Below are positions 14,163 to 26,445 of a stretch of DNA of 64,000 nucleotides, in pieces. The position numbers and the translations under genes are program-made. Position 1 is the stretch's first letter. Every line of letters begins with the position of its first letter. Origin of the DNA: the human T2T-CHM13v2.0 reference genome, Homo sapiens; the NCBI RefSeq assembly GCF_009914755.1, contig NC_060927.1. One strand, given 5' to 3'. Under the pieces are notes generated by a model, which ran no database searches, was not told the origin of the DNA, and saw only the letters and a program-made list of their open reading frames with translations.

Positions 14163-16874
14163 TGGAGCTGGCTTTGCCTGGCATCTGTTTGAATCAGCCC
14201 CAGAGAAAGACAGGCCAAGATGCAGCAGCCTGATCCTCATTCAGTCCGGGTCACAGCACCTGAGACCTATTTTGAGTCATGTGGAGGGTATAAATGTGGG
14301 CCTAGGGCCATTGGTTGCTTAATCATCACGAGGAAGGGGCATAGAGAATGACTGCAAGTGACAGCTTAATTGGAATTGGTAGTAATTATGTTGCCTAACT
14401 AACAGAGGAAATCAAAATGAGTCTTTTTAACCCCCAGACCTCCCTAAATGCCCAGCTTCTCATACCAAGAAAACAGCTCCTCGCTAGTCTATGTGACTAC
14501 AGTGCTCGCTTCTCTCCACCATGACCTTTCACCTTGGCATCTCAGGTGAATTCATTGCTATTCCTGAGTCCTTGGTCTAACGGTCAGTTGAACCCTAAAC
14601 ACTTAACAGTGTGCTGGGCTCTGGGGGCATGAAGAGCTGGGGACCTCACCGCTGCCTAGTGGGCTGCCTGACATGGAATGGGTACTTGAGACCTGCCCAT
14701 CGAATGGAATTGAGCTTCGTCAGGCGCCTACTTCTCTTTACATTCTTCTTCTCCACATTCAGCCCACCCCCACCCACCCCATGCTTGGAAGGTCTTATGT
14801 CCTGCCTGCCTTCTCCACTAATTAAGAACCACGGCGGGCTCCCAAACCAAATCCCTAAGGGAGATAGGAACGGGAATATCAGACACTCACGTATCACCTT
14901 CCCCTGCTCAAGCTCCACTTTGCAGCCGGAGTCCCACCTGGGATTCATCAGATCCAAACTCCATGGACTAGTTAGGCCTGGAAAAGACCTTAGAGGTAGG
15001 AGGTCTTTACAGCTTAGCAAACATTCTTTGAGTACCTGCTATATGTTGAGGTGGGAGACTTATAAACAAGTAAGTTACACTGCAGTGTGAAAATGACAGT
15101 GTAGATGATAAAGCTGAAGCTTAAGCGATGCTGACACATAGACTTCTGTTAGCTCTAGGGCTTTTTCCTGCCTTAACTGACAGACTTTGACAAATCTTCT
15201 AGGACTGTGTGAGGAATGAATATAGATGATCGAAAGGGGAATTCTTTTAAGACTTGTGAAAGAAGCTACATTGGAGAACTGACCTTCCCATGTACTGAGG
15301 ACGGCCTGTGTGTGTGTATGTGTGCACATGGGCATGTGCACACATGTGTGTAGGAACCTGTGTACATTTCTTTTATCATTCTCCTGATGCCTTTGTTAGT
15401 GTTTCTGGCTCCCTGCCTGTTCTTAATAAAATCCACAGTTTATCTTGTAGCTTAACCTTTCTTGAGGCCATGCTACATTTCAATTTTGGTATAATAGAAA
15501 GATGTTGTCAAAGCTGATGGGGGCTAGGTCCTAAGCTCATTGAAGACTGGAGGCTGTGCCTTGTTTTCCTCTACATCCCCTAAGCCTTTTGTACAGTGTG
15601 TGGCACCTAGAGGGTGCTTACTGTCAGCACTGAATTGCGCCCAGTGCCCACCAGGGACCTGCACCTCTCATCAGGAATGACTTTGGGATTGCCAGCTGTT
15701 CTATCTGCTCCTCTCAGCATGAACACTAAGCAGAGTGCCTTGTTTTTACTGCACTTGGGAGCCATATCCTGTTGCCTTTTTGGATGATTCGGGGGAAATT
15801 CCTTGTCTGTGGTTCCGTATGTGTTGCAGGCTGAGGGTTGGCTTGCTCCCTCGAGCGCTTCCTGGGATAATACACTGTGTTCTTCTCAGGGCTCCATTGT
15901 TTCCCATAGGCACTTTCAGCTGGAGTCAGTGTTCCAGTCTTCCTCTGAGCCTGTTTATAATAGTAAGGTTTGTGTTCACACACTGGTCGCTAGTCAAATG
16001 GGATTGGTTTTCCTTTGTGTAAGACATAGGACTTTAAGCTCTTAAGATCTGCTTTAAGTGCTGTTCAGGTCCTGGGACTGTTTGTTTACATGCCTTTTGG
16101 CTACTGTCCACCCAGGCTTTAAACACTTCCTTTTACATGGGTTATTTTGTCAACTCTGAGCACCTAAAGGTTGGGAAGTAGATGCTCTTATTTCCTTTCC
16201 AGCCACTATATTAGCGTTTTAGTTCATTTTACATGACTTATGTGGGTATAACCCTGGTCATATGTTGTAATTAGAAAGAGGGATGGAGAAAAAGAACAGG
16301 TGGTTTTGTTGTGGCTTTGAGCATTCACTGAATGAGGTCAGAGGTGGGCTCCTCTCTGGGGCTGGGAGTGGGAGTCCAGGAGGGATTATAGGGGTATGTT
16401 TTCCTTTATATAAACACTTCTCCACAACGTCTTGTCTCAACTGACCTACTGTATGATGATGAGGATATTTTCCTTTTTCCCTCTGAGCAAGTAGAGACAC
16501 TGTGAAGAAATTATGATGATTATTGTCATTATCATCAAGAGTGCAGAGAGGGCATAAGTGGGGGAAGGTGAAGAGGTTATTAGCTTAAGTGATATTAAAT
16601 GCTGACTAGTGTTGGGTAGAGATGGAGACATTAGGAACTACATCTTGCCACAAACTTGGGAACACTAGAGCATTCTCCATGGATCCCTATTCCCCAGACC
16701 TATTTCAAGGGTCTACAAAACATTATATAGAATATGTTTTTAAAACAACGAAGAATATTTTTTGAACTTCTGATGCAGGTGTGTAGGGTACGAGAATCAG
16801 CCCATTGCTTAATTTTGTATAGGAAAGAGCAAAGAGATGAAATCATGTGTGTCTAGAGTTGTTAAAGTGTATTA

Positions 16875-17182
16875 TGTCTGGCAAGGATGTGGAGAAAAGG
16901 GAATGCTTATATACTGTTGTTGGAAATGTAACTTAGCACAACCCCTACGGAAAACAGTATGGAGATTTCTCAAAGAACTGAAAATAGAAGTATCATATGA
17001 TCCAGCAAGCCCGCTATTTAGTATCTACCCAAAGGAAAGGAAATCATTACATAAAAAAGATACGTGCACTTCTGTGTTTATAGCAGCACTATATCACAAT
17101 AGCAAAGATATGGAATCAACATAAATGTCTATCAACATATGATTGGATAAAGAAAATATGGTATATATATACGTGTATATAC

Positions 17183-17233
<51 letters not shown>

Positions 17234-17239
17234 CCCATG

Positions 17240-17273
<34 letters not shown>

Positions 17274-17762
17274 CATGGGTATATATATATATATATATAT
17301 ATATATACCCATGGGTATATATATATATATATATATATATATACCCATGGGTATATATATATATATATATATATACCCATGGAATACTGCTCAGTCATAA
17401 AAAAGAATGGAATCATGTCTTTTGCAGCAACATAGATAGAACTGGAGGTTTTTCTCTTAAGCAAAGTAACTCAGAAACAAAAAGCCAAATACCACATGTT
17501 CTCACTTGTAAATGGGAGCTAAATAATGTGTACACATAGACATAAAGTATGGAATGATAGACATTGGACACTTGGAAGGGTGGGAGGGTGGGAAGAGGGT
17601 GAGGGATGAGAAATTACCTAATGGGTACAATGTACACTATTGGGTGATGTTTACACTCACACAATGTATCCATGTAACAACACTTCACTTTGTTATCCAT
17701 GTAACAAAACTGCACTTATACCCCCAAATCTACAAAAAGTTTTAAAAATTTTTAAATAAAAG
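16875..17762 (+). mobile_element. L1 (L1MA/L1PB-type) 3' end: ORF2 C-terminus remnant plus 3' UTR
   Basis: ORF 16837..17124 contains [33 protein letters not shown], a degenerate L1 ORF2p C-terminus; followed by ataaaaaagaatggaatcatgtcttttgcagcaacat and an A-rich end. Confidence 0.9.
17160..17383. repeat. Compound (GT)n plus palindromic [CCCATGGG(TA)12-15] minisatellite inside the L1
   Basis: CCCATGGG at 17234, 17272, 17308 and 17344, and CCCATGGA at 17376, separated by pure TA runs. Confidence 0.97.
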
Positions 17763-17989
17763 ATGAGCAATGAACATTTTTTTAAAAAATGGAGCATGTC
17801 TTTAGGTCTTAAAGGATGTTGATCTATAAGCCAAAAAGGTGGCATTGCCACTGCATTAAATCAGGCATCCAGTGAATGGCTTTTGGAAGAAAAGTTTCAT
17901 GACCCCTGACTCCCGAATTACTGCATGATTGGTATATGCCAGGTTGCTTTTGCGCATTATCTTACTAACTTTTTTAAATAGCTCATCAA

Positions 17990-18110
17990 AGTATTACCAT
18001 TCTTATTTTCACAAAGTATAAACTGAGGCTCAAAGATACTAAGTAACTCACTCAAGGTGATCTTCTGTGAAGGGTAGAAGAGTTTCAGAAGCCAAGGCTT
18101 ATGGTTCTTC
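17990..18110 (-). mobile_element. MIR fragment
   Basis: aaactgaggctcaaagatactaagtaactcactcaaggt. Confidence 0.6.
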
Positions 18111-18924
18111 AGTACCTGATCCTGCTGAGCTCCAATGCTGTCACTTAGTAGACAAGCTTTGTCTATAATAAAATTTGAGATGAGACCTAAAGCCCTTAAG
18201 TGATGGAACATCAGGAAGGGTTTTGATAACATATAAAATGGAGCTAGGAACACTCTCTGGGTGGTAAAGATTAAAAGTGTTGGTGGATATGAAGCAGCCA
18301 GCCGTGGGCTCAGCACATCATGGGAGCTGGGGTAAAACTAGGTGCCTTTCTCACATCTCTGCTCCCATCCCCCCTGCCCTTCTCATGCTCTTTTCTTGAT
18401 CTTCTTAGGCCTGAACCTGTCGTCTTTCTCACTCCATACTTTCTTATTTCTCCCTTTCCCATCCTCTTTGCCTGCCTTCTTCTACCCAGCCTCCAACTCA
18501 GGGCCATGGTGATGGTGGCACAGGCATGGTCTCATCCTAGATTAGATTCTCCTGCAGCCCAGTGGCTATAGGACGCCTGAAGCCACAAGCTTAGTTGGGT
18601 GTTCATTTTGGAAGATGAGATGAGAAGGAAAACAAAAGAAGCTTCTGGAATGGAACCTCAAGGCACAGGAGCATCTGCAGGGACACAGCCTTCTGTCCTT
18701 AAAGTGCTTAGAACCTCATCAACATTCAACTCCCCTCCAGGATTGCCCACACTGACGTGGGGACCTTTTGGTTTTGAAAAATACAGGTCACATTTATAGT
18801 CCTTTCCCCCCAGGAAAAAAAATTGGTTCCACCATTAATAACAGTGTGTCTCTCTCTGTATGCCACACATGTCCTTGGTCAGGCTAACGTTCTTTCTCGA
18901 TCCTAGATTTCTAATTTGACCAAA

Positions 18925-19420
18925 CCCTTCAATCCAGCAAACACTGAAAAAGCACCTATGATGTGCCAAGGCTTTTCTAGGTGCTAGGGTTACCAAGATA
19001 AATTGGACACATCCTTGCCTTCAATGAGTTTATTGTCTGGGGTCAGAAGAAAGAGATAAGAGGTATATGACAGACAGATGCATGATCAAAACCCAGAAAT
19101 CCCTGTAGAAATGTTATATAAGGTGTGTGAGATGCTACGGGAACCAGAATGAGGAACAGCCACAGAAGGCTTCATAAGAGGTGACATTTGAGGTAAGATT
19201 TAAAGATAATTAGGAGTTCCATGCATGGAATGAAGGGAGAAGGGAAAGGTGGTTCCGGTAGAAGGAACAGAGAGTATGAAAATGCAGCCTCCCCAGATTT
19301 TAGGGCTTACGGGAGGCAGACAGAGGAAAGGTTGACTGGAACCCAGTTACAAAAAGCCTGGAAGGCTTTGCATTGGAATTTGAACTTTATTTAATCATAC
19401 TCAGATGGGGAGCAATCAGA
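18925..19420 (-). mobile_element. L2 LINE fragment
   Basis: cagcaaacactgaaaaagcacctatgatgtgccaagg...gaaggcttcataagaggtgacatttgag. Confidence 0.65.
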
Positions 19421-19684
19421 GTTGTGTCTGTTCACGTATTCTCTTTTTTCTTTAACTGAACTCCAAATAGGAAAAAAAAATCATAATTCCTCCACATTTT
19501 TAACTCAGCTGCTTTTTAGAATGTTTCAGGCCTCACCCAGATGCTCACTTGCTTTTTACGAAATGGGATCTATGTTACTTTTCTCATCTTTTAAACATTT
19601 ATTTTCATGTTGCTACTTGAGCTTTATAATTATCATTTTAATAGCTACGTAATAGTCCATCAATTATTATGCCATAATTTACAG

Positions 19685-19930
19685 AAAGCAGCATGGTAGA
19701 GTGAAAAGAACCAAGGGTTTTAGGATCAGGCAGACCTGGTTCAAATCCTCACCCTGAGATTTATCATCTGTGTGATCTTGGACAAGATTTTAATCACTCT
19801 GAACTTCAGTTTCCTAATCTATGAAATGGGTTGACCATACACACACCTTACAGGGCTACTGTGAGAATATAAAATTCGATGAATTCTGACAATGGCCTAT
19901 AGGAGGTGCTTGCTCAAGGAATAGTAGCTT
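19685..19930 (+). mobile_element. MIR SINE
   Basis: gcagcatggtagagtgaaaagaa...cagacctggttcaaatcct...tgtgtgatcttggacaag...ttcagtttcctaatctatgaaatggg. Confidence 0.75.
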
Positions 19931-20044
19931 CCCAGTTACCTTTTACTGTTTGGTTGAGCTTAATGTTTTAGAAAGAAGGTAGATGGCAATGCAGAGGCTG
20001 ATTAGATGGAGAGAAGACAGTGCCTGAGAGCTAGTTTGAGGGCT

Positions 20045-20345
20045 CTAGACCAATGCTGTTCAATAAATTAGCCACTAGCCCATGTGGCTGTTAAGCACGT
20101 GAAATGTGGCTAGTCTAAATTGAATGTGCAGTAAATACAACAGATACACTCGATTTGGAAGACAGCATCAAACAAAGTGTAAAAACATCTCAATTTTTAT
20201 CTTGATTACATGTTGAAATTATAAATTTTGGATATATCATGTTAAAAGACATTATATTATCTTCACCTGTTTTTTTTAAGTGGGTACTAGAAAATTTAAA
20301 ATTACATAGGGGGTGGAATTATATTTCTGTTGGACAACACTGCTC
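20045..20345. mobile_element. MER33/MER3-type hAT-Charlie DNA transposon
   Basis: Termini caatgctgttcaata ... tgttggacaacactg; internal tagccactagcccatgtggct...tgaaatgtggctagt. Confidence 0.75.
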
Positions 20346-23300
20346 ATGGCAGAGGTAGAGTCCATACAACTGATCAGATACTGGGGCGGAGAAGCAGGGA
20401 GAAGCAGGAGACAAGATGACTCCAAGGTTGGACAGCCAAGTAGGTAGCAAATCTTTTCGTGGCTTTAGGGAAGATAGGAGAGTAGACAAGTTTATGTTTG
20501 TATAAGCAGGTTGTTAATGGGTGTCCTCTGAGCAGTGACATAAAAGGCAAGGATTTGGTTTAGACTAGAGTAACTGTCCCTGCCTTCCTTATGAGTTGGC
20601 CATTCAGGCTCCTTCCATGTCACATACTGTACATGCTTTCATTCCAGCACAGGCTTGTTAGGGACACTTCTTCCCACTCCTATATGCTTACAGCCCACAT
20701 GGCGGGCTTGTCACCAGGTTCAGAGCATACTTGGTGCCCAGAAGCTTCTAGAGTGAAAGATTACTGACCAATGTGCTCTTTGCAGGGAAGGTTGGGAAGA
20801 GCTTGGCTGCTCCGTGGTGCCCTCAGAGTGCTCCAAGACTGGCTTGCCAGAGAGCTCCAGATATCTCTGCTTGCCCTTGTGTGGAGCTCTCCTCTGTAAA
20901 CCATGAAATATGCTGGGTCACAGTAACCTAGAGTAGGGCTGTACAGAAAAAAGAAATTGCAGGGAAGCTTCCACAGGGAGGCTAACTGTTCACAAAGTCC
21001 CGTTAGACCCAACTCAGTTGTGTGTCTCCACCGACTCTGGCTTTTCTAAGATTCCAGGAGTCATCAGGGAGTTCATACCGAGGACCAAGGAGCTGAGGCT
21101 GGCTTCCGGATAGCATTTCAGATAACTGCATGATACTTAGGTTTGAGAGCCAGGAATTGAAATTGTACCTGGCCTCTGAAATAGCCAGTGTACCATTCCC
21201 TGCAAAATTGTTGGGATATATGGCCTTGGGTTGAGCTAGGAAACTAGAGATTGATGATGCATCTCAGCAGTGGGTAAGAACAGGGAATGTGGAATGTATC
21301 AAGCTTGGAAGGCAAAAAACAACAACAACGAGCACAGTGTCTGCCTTGGTTTTAGCAGTTTCAGCTGACTTAGCCTACCTGGCTTTGGTACTGGAGGAGG
21401 GGATAACAAAGGACACCTGTGAGATACTCGCACCACTCTGTCAGGGTTATTGCCACACATACAGTAGGAGCCTTTTGCTTCTCCTAAAGCCATTTTCATC
21501 TGCCCCAACCCTGACTGTAGTTGTCAGGGAGCATTCCAAGTTGTTTGTCACCAGTAGTAAAACTCTAGGAGCATGTATTCATTCAGGAACCATTTATTGA
21601 GCTCCTTCTATGTGTTAGAAATACCATAGGATTAAAGTTTCAACTATAGGGAAATATATGAAAGTTCTTTTAATTTTCCTTTTTTTCTATCCTGATTTAA
21701 ATTTGTGATTTTTTACAATCACAGAACAAATAGCTTTAGGCTTTACAACTTATAAAAACTATCCTTTGAGGAATTCTATCATATCTTGGTTATGAATTTT
21801 ATTTTTGCTGCAAAGATGGGAGAAGTTTACTGTGTTTCCTTCCTACATTCCCTGCTCCTCCTTCCTTTTTGAGCACTGGCGGGGGAAGATGCCCTTAGAC
21901 CTCAGGGATCCCCAAGCCTGACTTCCAGCAGATATACTTGTGACAAGGCCCACCCTACTGGACAGCCCACTCCCGTAATGCAAAGAGGCGCCTAATGCCC
22001 TTAGCTTGGCTGTGGCAGACCACACCTTCACCTCCTTCTCAGCCAGAGCCAGATGAACCAGAGGAGGAAATGGCCCAGACTTGGCAGGCTGGTGCGTCCT
22101 CTGCCCCTGTAGGGGTTTATTTCTAAAGTGGTTTCATCCCAGCACCACATCTGTGACTTCTCAAGGCCACTGGAGAGCTGAGAATTGGCCACAGGCCTGA
22201 TACCCCAGGAAGGTAGATGTCACTGGCCTTAATGACCTTGTATTGACTGGGATTGAGATAGGGCTGGAGTGAGGATTCAAGGGACAGAGTCAGAAATACC
22301 TAGGCATAGGTGGCTAAATATGAAGGTTTCTGTCCCCAAAGGCCCTGATGGTTGGGTGCTCTTCCAGAGACCACACTCACCCACCCATACTCCCTTACAC
22401 ATGTGCACAGACTCAAACCTGCACACATCTGCACACACAACATCAAGTGTTCCTGGCCCTGTGTGGATGCTGCAGCCCTCTCCCCCTCTGCTCTCCCGGG
22501 AACTCCTACTTCTCACTTCTCCCCAGCCCCCAACACCACCATGGCAGTCCTCACACCTAACCCCAAAGTCCAGCCTTTCCACCAGCCCCAACCTCTCTAG
22601 ATTAGAACTCTCTGGGTACCAGGACCTTTTGAAAGGAAGAAAGAAAGAAAAAAGGAGGAAAAACAGAAAGAAAGTGGGAAACAGAAGAATGAAACCGGGA
22701 AGGGGCAGTGGTGCCTTCAGCTATCTCACTGCATTACAATGAATATGGACTCTATTAAGCTCCGTTCTGCCTGTTAGTGTTTCCCGGGGCAACACAGCCC
22801 CCATATGGCAAGCATGCAGCAGATTAGGGTAGGCCCCAGGGCCGCATTGAAGGCCAGTGGCTTGACTGGCAGTTGAACCCCCTCCCCACCTCCCCCTACT
22901 CCTCACACTTGACACTGCCTGTGTTTATCTAAAGCAAGGAGGGGGGTGCCATTTGAAAGGTTTTTGTCCTGACTCAGAGAAGGGAGGAGGAGGAGGCTGG
23001 AGGCAGGGTGGAGAGAGGGAGGTTGAGGGAGGAAGGAAGGTGGAGGTGGGGTAGAAAGGGGAGAGGCGAGGAGGGAAGGCTTCATAAATATTCAAGAGGA
23101 GCTCTGAATGAAGAGAGAGAAATAAAGCAGATGGAATTCGTGTTAAAGAACAGCACAATCACCCTGTTTTGAGCCCTCCAAAAACAAAAAAAAAAAAAGA
23201 AAAGAGAACGGCCTTCTAGGAGTGTAGGAGCTGCGTTTATCCAATTAGCAGGGTTGTCAAATTGAATTTATATGAAACAGGAGTGGGGGAATTGAGCCGG

Positions 23301-24929
23301 GAGTGTAGAAGAAAGGAAGTGGTTTTCCTTTTCTTTCGGTCTTCCAGTTTAGCAATAAAACCCCCCACACTGTGGGTAGATTTGTAGATTTTTTTTGAAA
23401 TCTCTTAAAAGAAATGAGGTCATTTTGGGGAAGAGGTATGAGTGACAAAGAAAACTCCCCAGTAACTTTTTCCTCCAGTGCTGGAGCAGGGAGAGGATTA
23501 GACGTGTTTTAGCAGAAGCTCTGTGGGCAAATCAAGAGATAAGACCTCTTCTCCTTGACTCAGATGGCAGAGGTGGCTTCTCCTCGGAGAGGTTCCTCCC
23601 CGAGGAAAGATGCTGTATCCTGGCTCCTTCCCTTTCTGCTTGCCTTGATGGTGAGTGGAAATAGGCTCTGTTTGTTAGCACTTTGTTATAAATTCTGGGT
23701 TCAGTGAGAGGAACCCAGGTTTTGCTAATCTCCCCAAAATGCCACTTTGATTATATATTCCCTTGCTCAAAAACCATCACTAACTCCTCTCCTTCTGTGG
23801 TATGAATTTTAAACTCTTTTCTCTGGTCTTCCACAGTAAGACCCAATCTCAGTGTCCTACCTTGTCTCTTTTCGTTCTTTTGCGTAAGTCTCCAAAGTGG
23901 GGTGCAAGTGCCAAGGGGAAAAAATATAAGCAATTCCGTTGGAGCACTGTAAGATAACAGTAGAGATTCCCTTAATGTTTTTTCTACCTAAAAAAGGAAT
24001 AGGAAAGAAATTCAGCTTTGCTAATATTTAATATAGGGGTTGGCAGTGGTGCCTTCGGTCTGTACATGAGGTTGTCATGTGTCACAACAGTGTCCCAGGC
24101 ATCTCCATGGGTAAACGGCTTGACAGTGTGGGGGCCTCACTCGTTCATTCACTCCCCAGTTTTCCTGTTCTCCCTTAAGTGGATTTACAGATTATATTAT
24201 TTAGTTTAACTAAATTAACTCTCACAAGAGGACAAGTGGCTTAAAGAGATTGCTACAAAGAAACTGGGTTGAAGAGAAGGCTGATAATCCAAGCACATGC
24301 AAACAGGAAGAAAACAGCAGAGCTGACCCTTTTCAAGCCACAGGAGGGAGTAAAAACAATGATAATGGAATCACTTCTGATGAGAAGTCAACAAAATAAT
24401 TAACAGTCAAGCAGACTATTTGAAAGAGATTACACCCATATCATTAGTGATGATACTAATCCTAAATAGGCGTTCTGCCTTAAGGTATTAGCTAATGATA
24501 TTTTAAGACAATCATGGTTAAGGAGTTATTAAAATATGGTTTCATTTTTACCTACTCTTTTTAACATTTTAGTTCTGCAGTGCATGTGTTTGATTTATAA
24601 GTAGAGAAGTATGCACATATTAGGGATGTTTGCCCGGAATATTTCACTCAGGCGGTCGTAGGATTAGGGAAGTTTGGAGACCACTGTTACAGATAAACCC
24701 AACTGTTTGGCACACCACCCTCCCCACCCTGCAAACACAAGACTAGCATTCCCACCAAGTCAGTATCACCTTCCTGCTGTGCCCTCATCCCCCTTGCTTG
24801 TACATACCTCAAGAGGCCCAGTTTCAAATCCCATTTCCAGAACACCTTCCCTTAAGACCTGAACTGAAAACTTCTGCCTCTGCTCTCATTTGCCACTTCA
24901 CATTGGTGACTGAACTGATCAGTGAAAGT

Positions 24930-25250
24930 ATTAAAGAATGCTAAAGTTGTTACAGGAGAATAATCACAAAATTTCAGTGGTTTTGTGCAACAAACCTCTT
25001 CTCATGTCACATCTTGAGCTAATTGCTTCGATCTTATAGCTGTGCCTTCTGAACCATGTGACATATGGTCACCAGACTGGTGAGGCAAAGATGGAAGCAG
25101 CTGTCAATCTCTTAACCGCCATGGCCCAGTAGTGACACGTGAAGTTCACTTACACATGTTCATTGGCCAGCACTAGTCACATGGCCCTAAGCTCACTGCA
25201 GAGGAGGCTAGGAAATGAAGAGGAGCTTGTGGATATTTGCTGGGTGCTAG
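24930..25250 (-). mobile_element. MLT1-type MaLR LTR fragment
   Basis: aaatttcagtggttt...cattggccagcactagtcacatggccc...gaggctaggaaatg. Confidence 0.6.
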
Positions 25251-25569
25251 TGAATTTATGTCCCAAATATTGCTTTAAGCTCCTAAGGACTGAATCCATT
25301 TTCTAATACTCACAGTACCTTGCATATTGTGTTGTATGTGGTAGAGTATAGCAATATTTTTTTCTTCCCAGTAATATTAATAATTAAAAGCCAAGGCACA
25401 CATCATTTGTTAACAGAAGACTCATTCACAAAATTTGGATGAGGAATAAGGTAAAATATACTTAGAGGCTGGCTAGAGCATGACTTATACTTAAAAACAT
25501 CAAACCGTTGTTTTTTTTCTCCCCTATTTGACATCAGAGTGTTCTGGGTAGATGTTCCAGATATTAGTC

Positions 25570-25765
25570 TAGAACTGTGCTGTCTAATGTGGCAACCACT
25601 AGCTCTGTATGGTTATTTAAGTTAAATTTAAAGAAAATTAAAACTTCAGTGTCTTAGTCACATTAGCCACATTTTGAGAACTTCATAGCCCTGAGTGGCT
25701 AGTAGCTATCTAGTGCTTTAGACAGCACAAATATAGAATATTTCCATCATTGCAGAAAATTCTAC
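25570..25765. mobile_element. MER3 DNA transposon
   Basis: ctgtgctgtctaatgtggcaaccactag...ttagtcacattagccacattt...gacagcacaaatatagaatatttccatcattgcagaaa. Confidence 0.75.
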
Positions 25766-26319
25766 GGAAGGGGCTTATGCAATGAACAGTAGGAGATTTT
25801 TATAGATTAGAATGTATGATGAAAGGATAAAAATGATCACACAGAAAGTTACTGTTATAGATAATGATCCAGGTAACATTATTCTTATGTATAAGGAAGT
25901 AAATTCAGAAACATTCTAAAATTGGCTTTGAAACCGTTTCTAGCCAGTTGATTAATGTGGCTCCAGAAACAATTTGCTAGGAGGTAGTGTTAAGATAGTA
26001 AAAGGAGCACTGGACTAGGAGTGAGAAGACCTGACTTGTAGCCCAAAGTCTCCCTTCTGAATTAGCTGGGAGACCTTCTACAAATCACTTAGACTCATTC
26101 AGCCTTGACACATTATTCATAACACTCAAAACACATTAGGCATTACTCTACGATACTTGTTTATTTTCTCTGAGGTCCCTCCGAATTAAAAAAAATTTTA
26201 ATTAAAAAAATTTTTTAAATTAGGTCTGTGTGTCAAATACAACTTTTTAAGTAAAAATGACCTTTGTTTTTTGTATATATTTAAAGGTATACAACCTGAT
26301 GTTTTGATAAGCTTTCTTT

Positions 26320-26445
26320 CTCTTTTTTTAGAGACAGAGTCTTGCTCTGTTGCCCAGGCTGGAATGCAGTGCAGTGCCTGTCATAGCTCACTACAACCTC
26401 AAATTCCTGGGCTGAAGTGATCCTCCTACCTCAGCCTCCTCAGTA
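26320..26445 (-). mobile_element. FLAM/AluJ monomer
   Basis: tttttttagagacagagtcttgctctgttgcccaggctggaatgcagtg...gatcctcctacctcagcctcc. Confidence 0.8.

Noticed and set aside
16837-17124. L1 ORF2-like reading frame
   Set aside because: A degenerate fragment of an old L1 with no reverse transcriptase or endonuclease domain; not a functional gene.
17094-17539. ORFs with YIYIY/CVCVC/HTHTH runs, and a regularly spaced array superficially like CRISPR
   Set aside because: These are translations of TA/GT microsatellites. The spacers are pure (TA)n rather than unique sequence, there are no cas genes, and the context is eukaryotic.
22798-22810. CCCATATGGC resembling a CArG box
   Set aside because: Only four A/T bases lie between CC and GG, so it does not fit CC(A/T)6GG; better read as a CATATG E-box.
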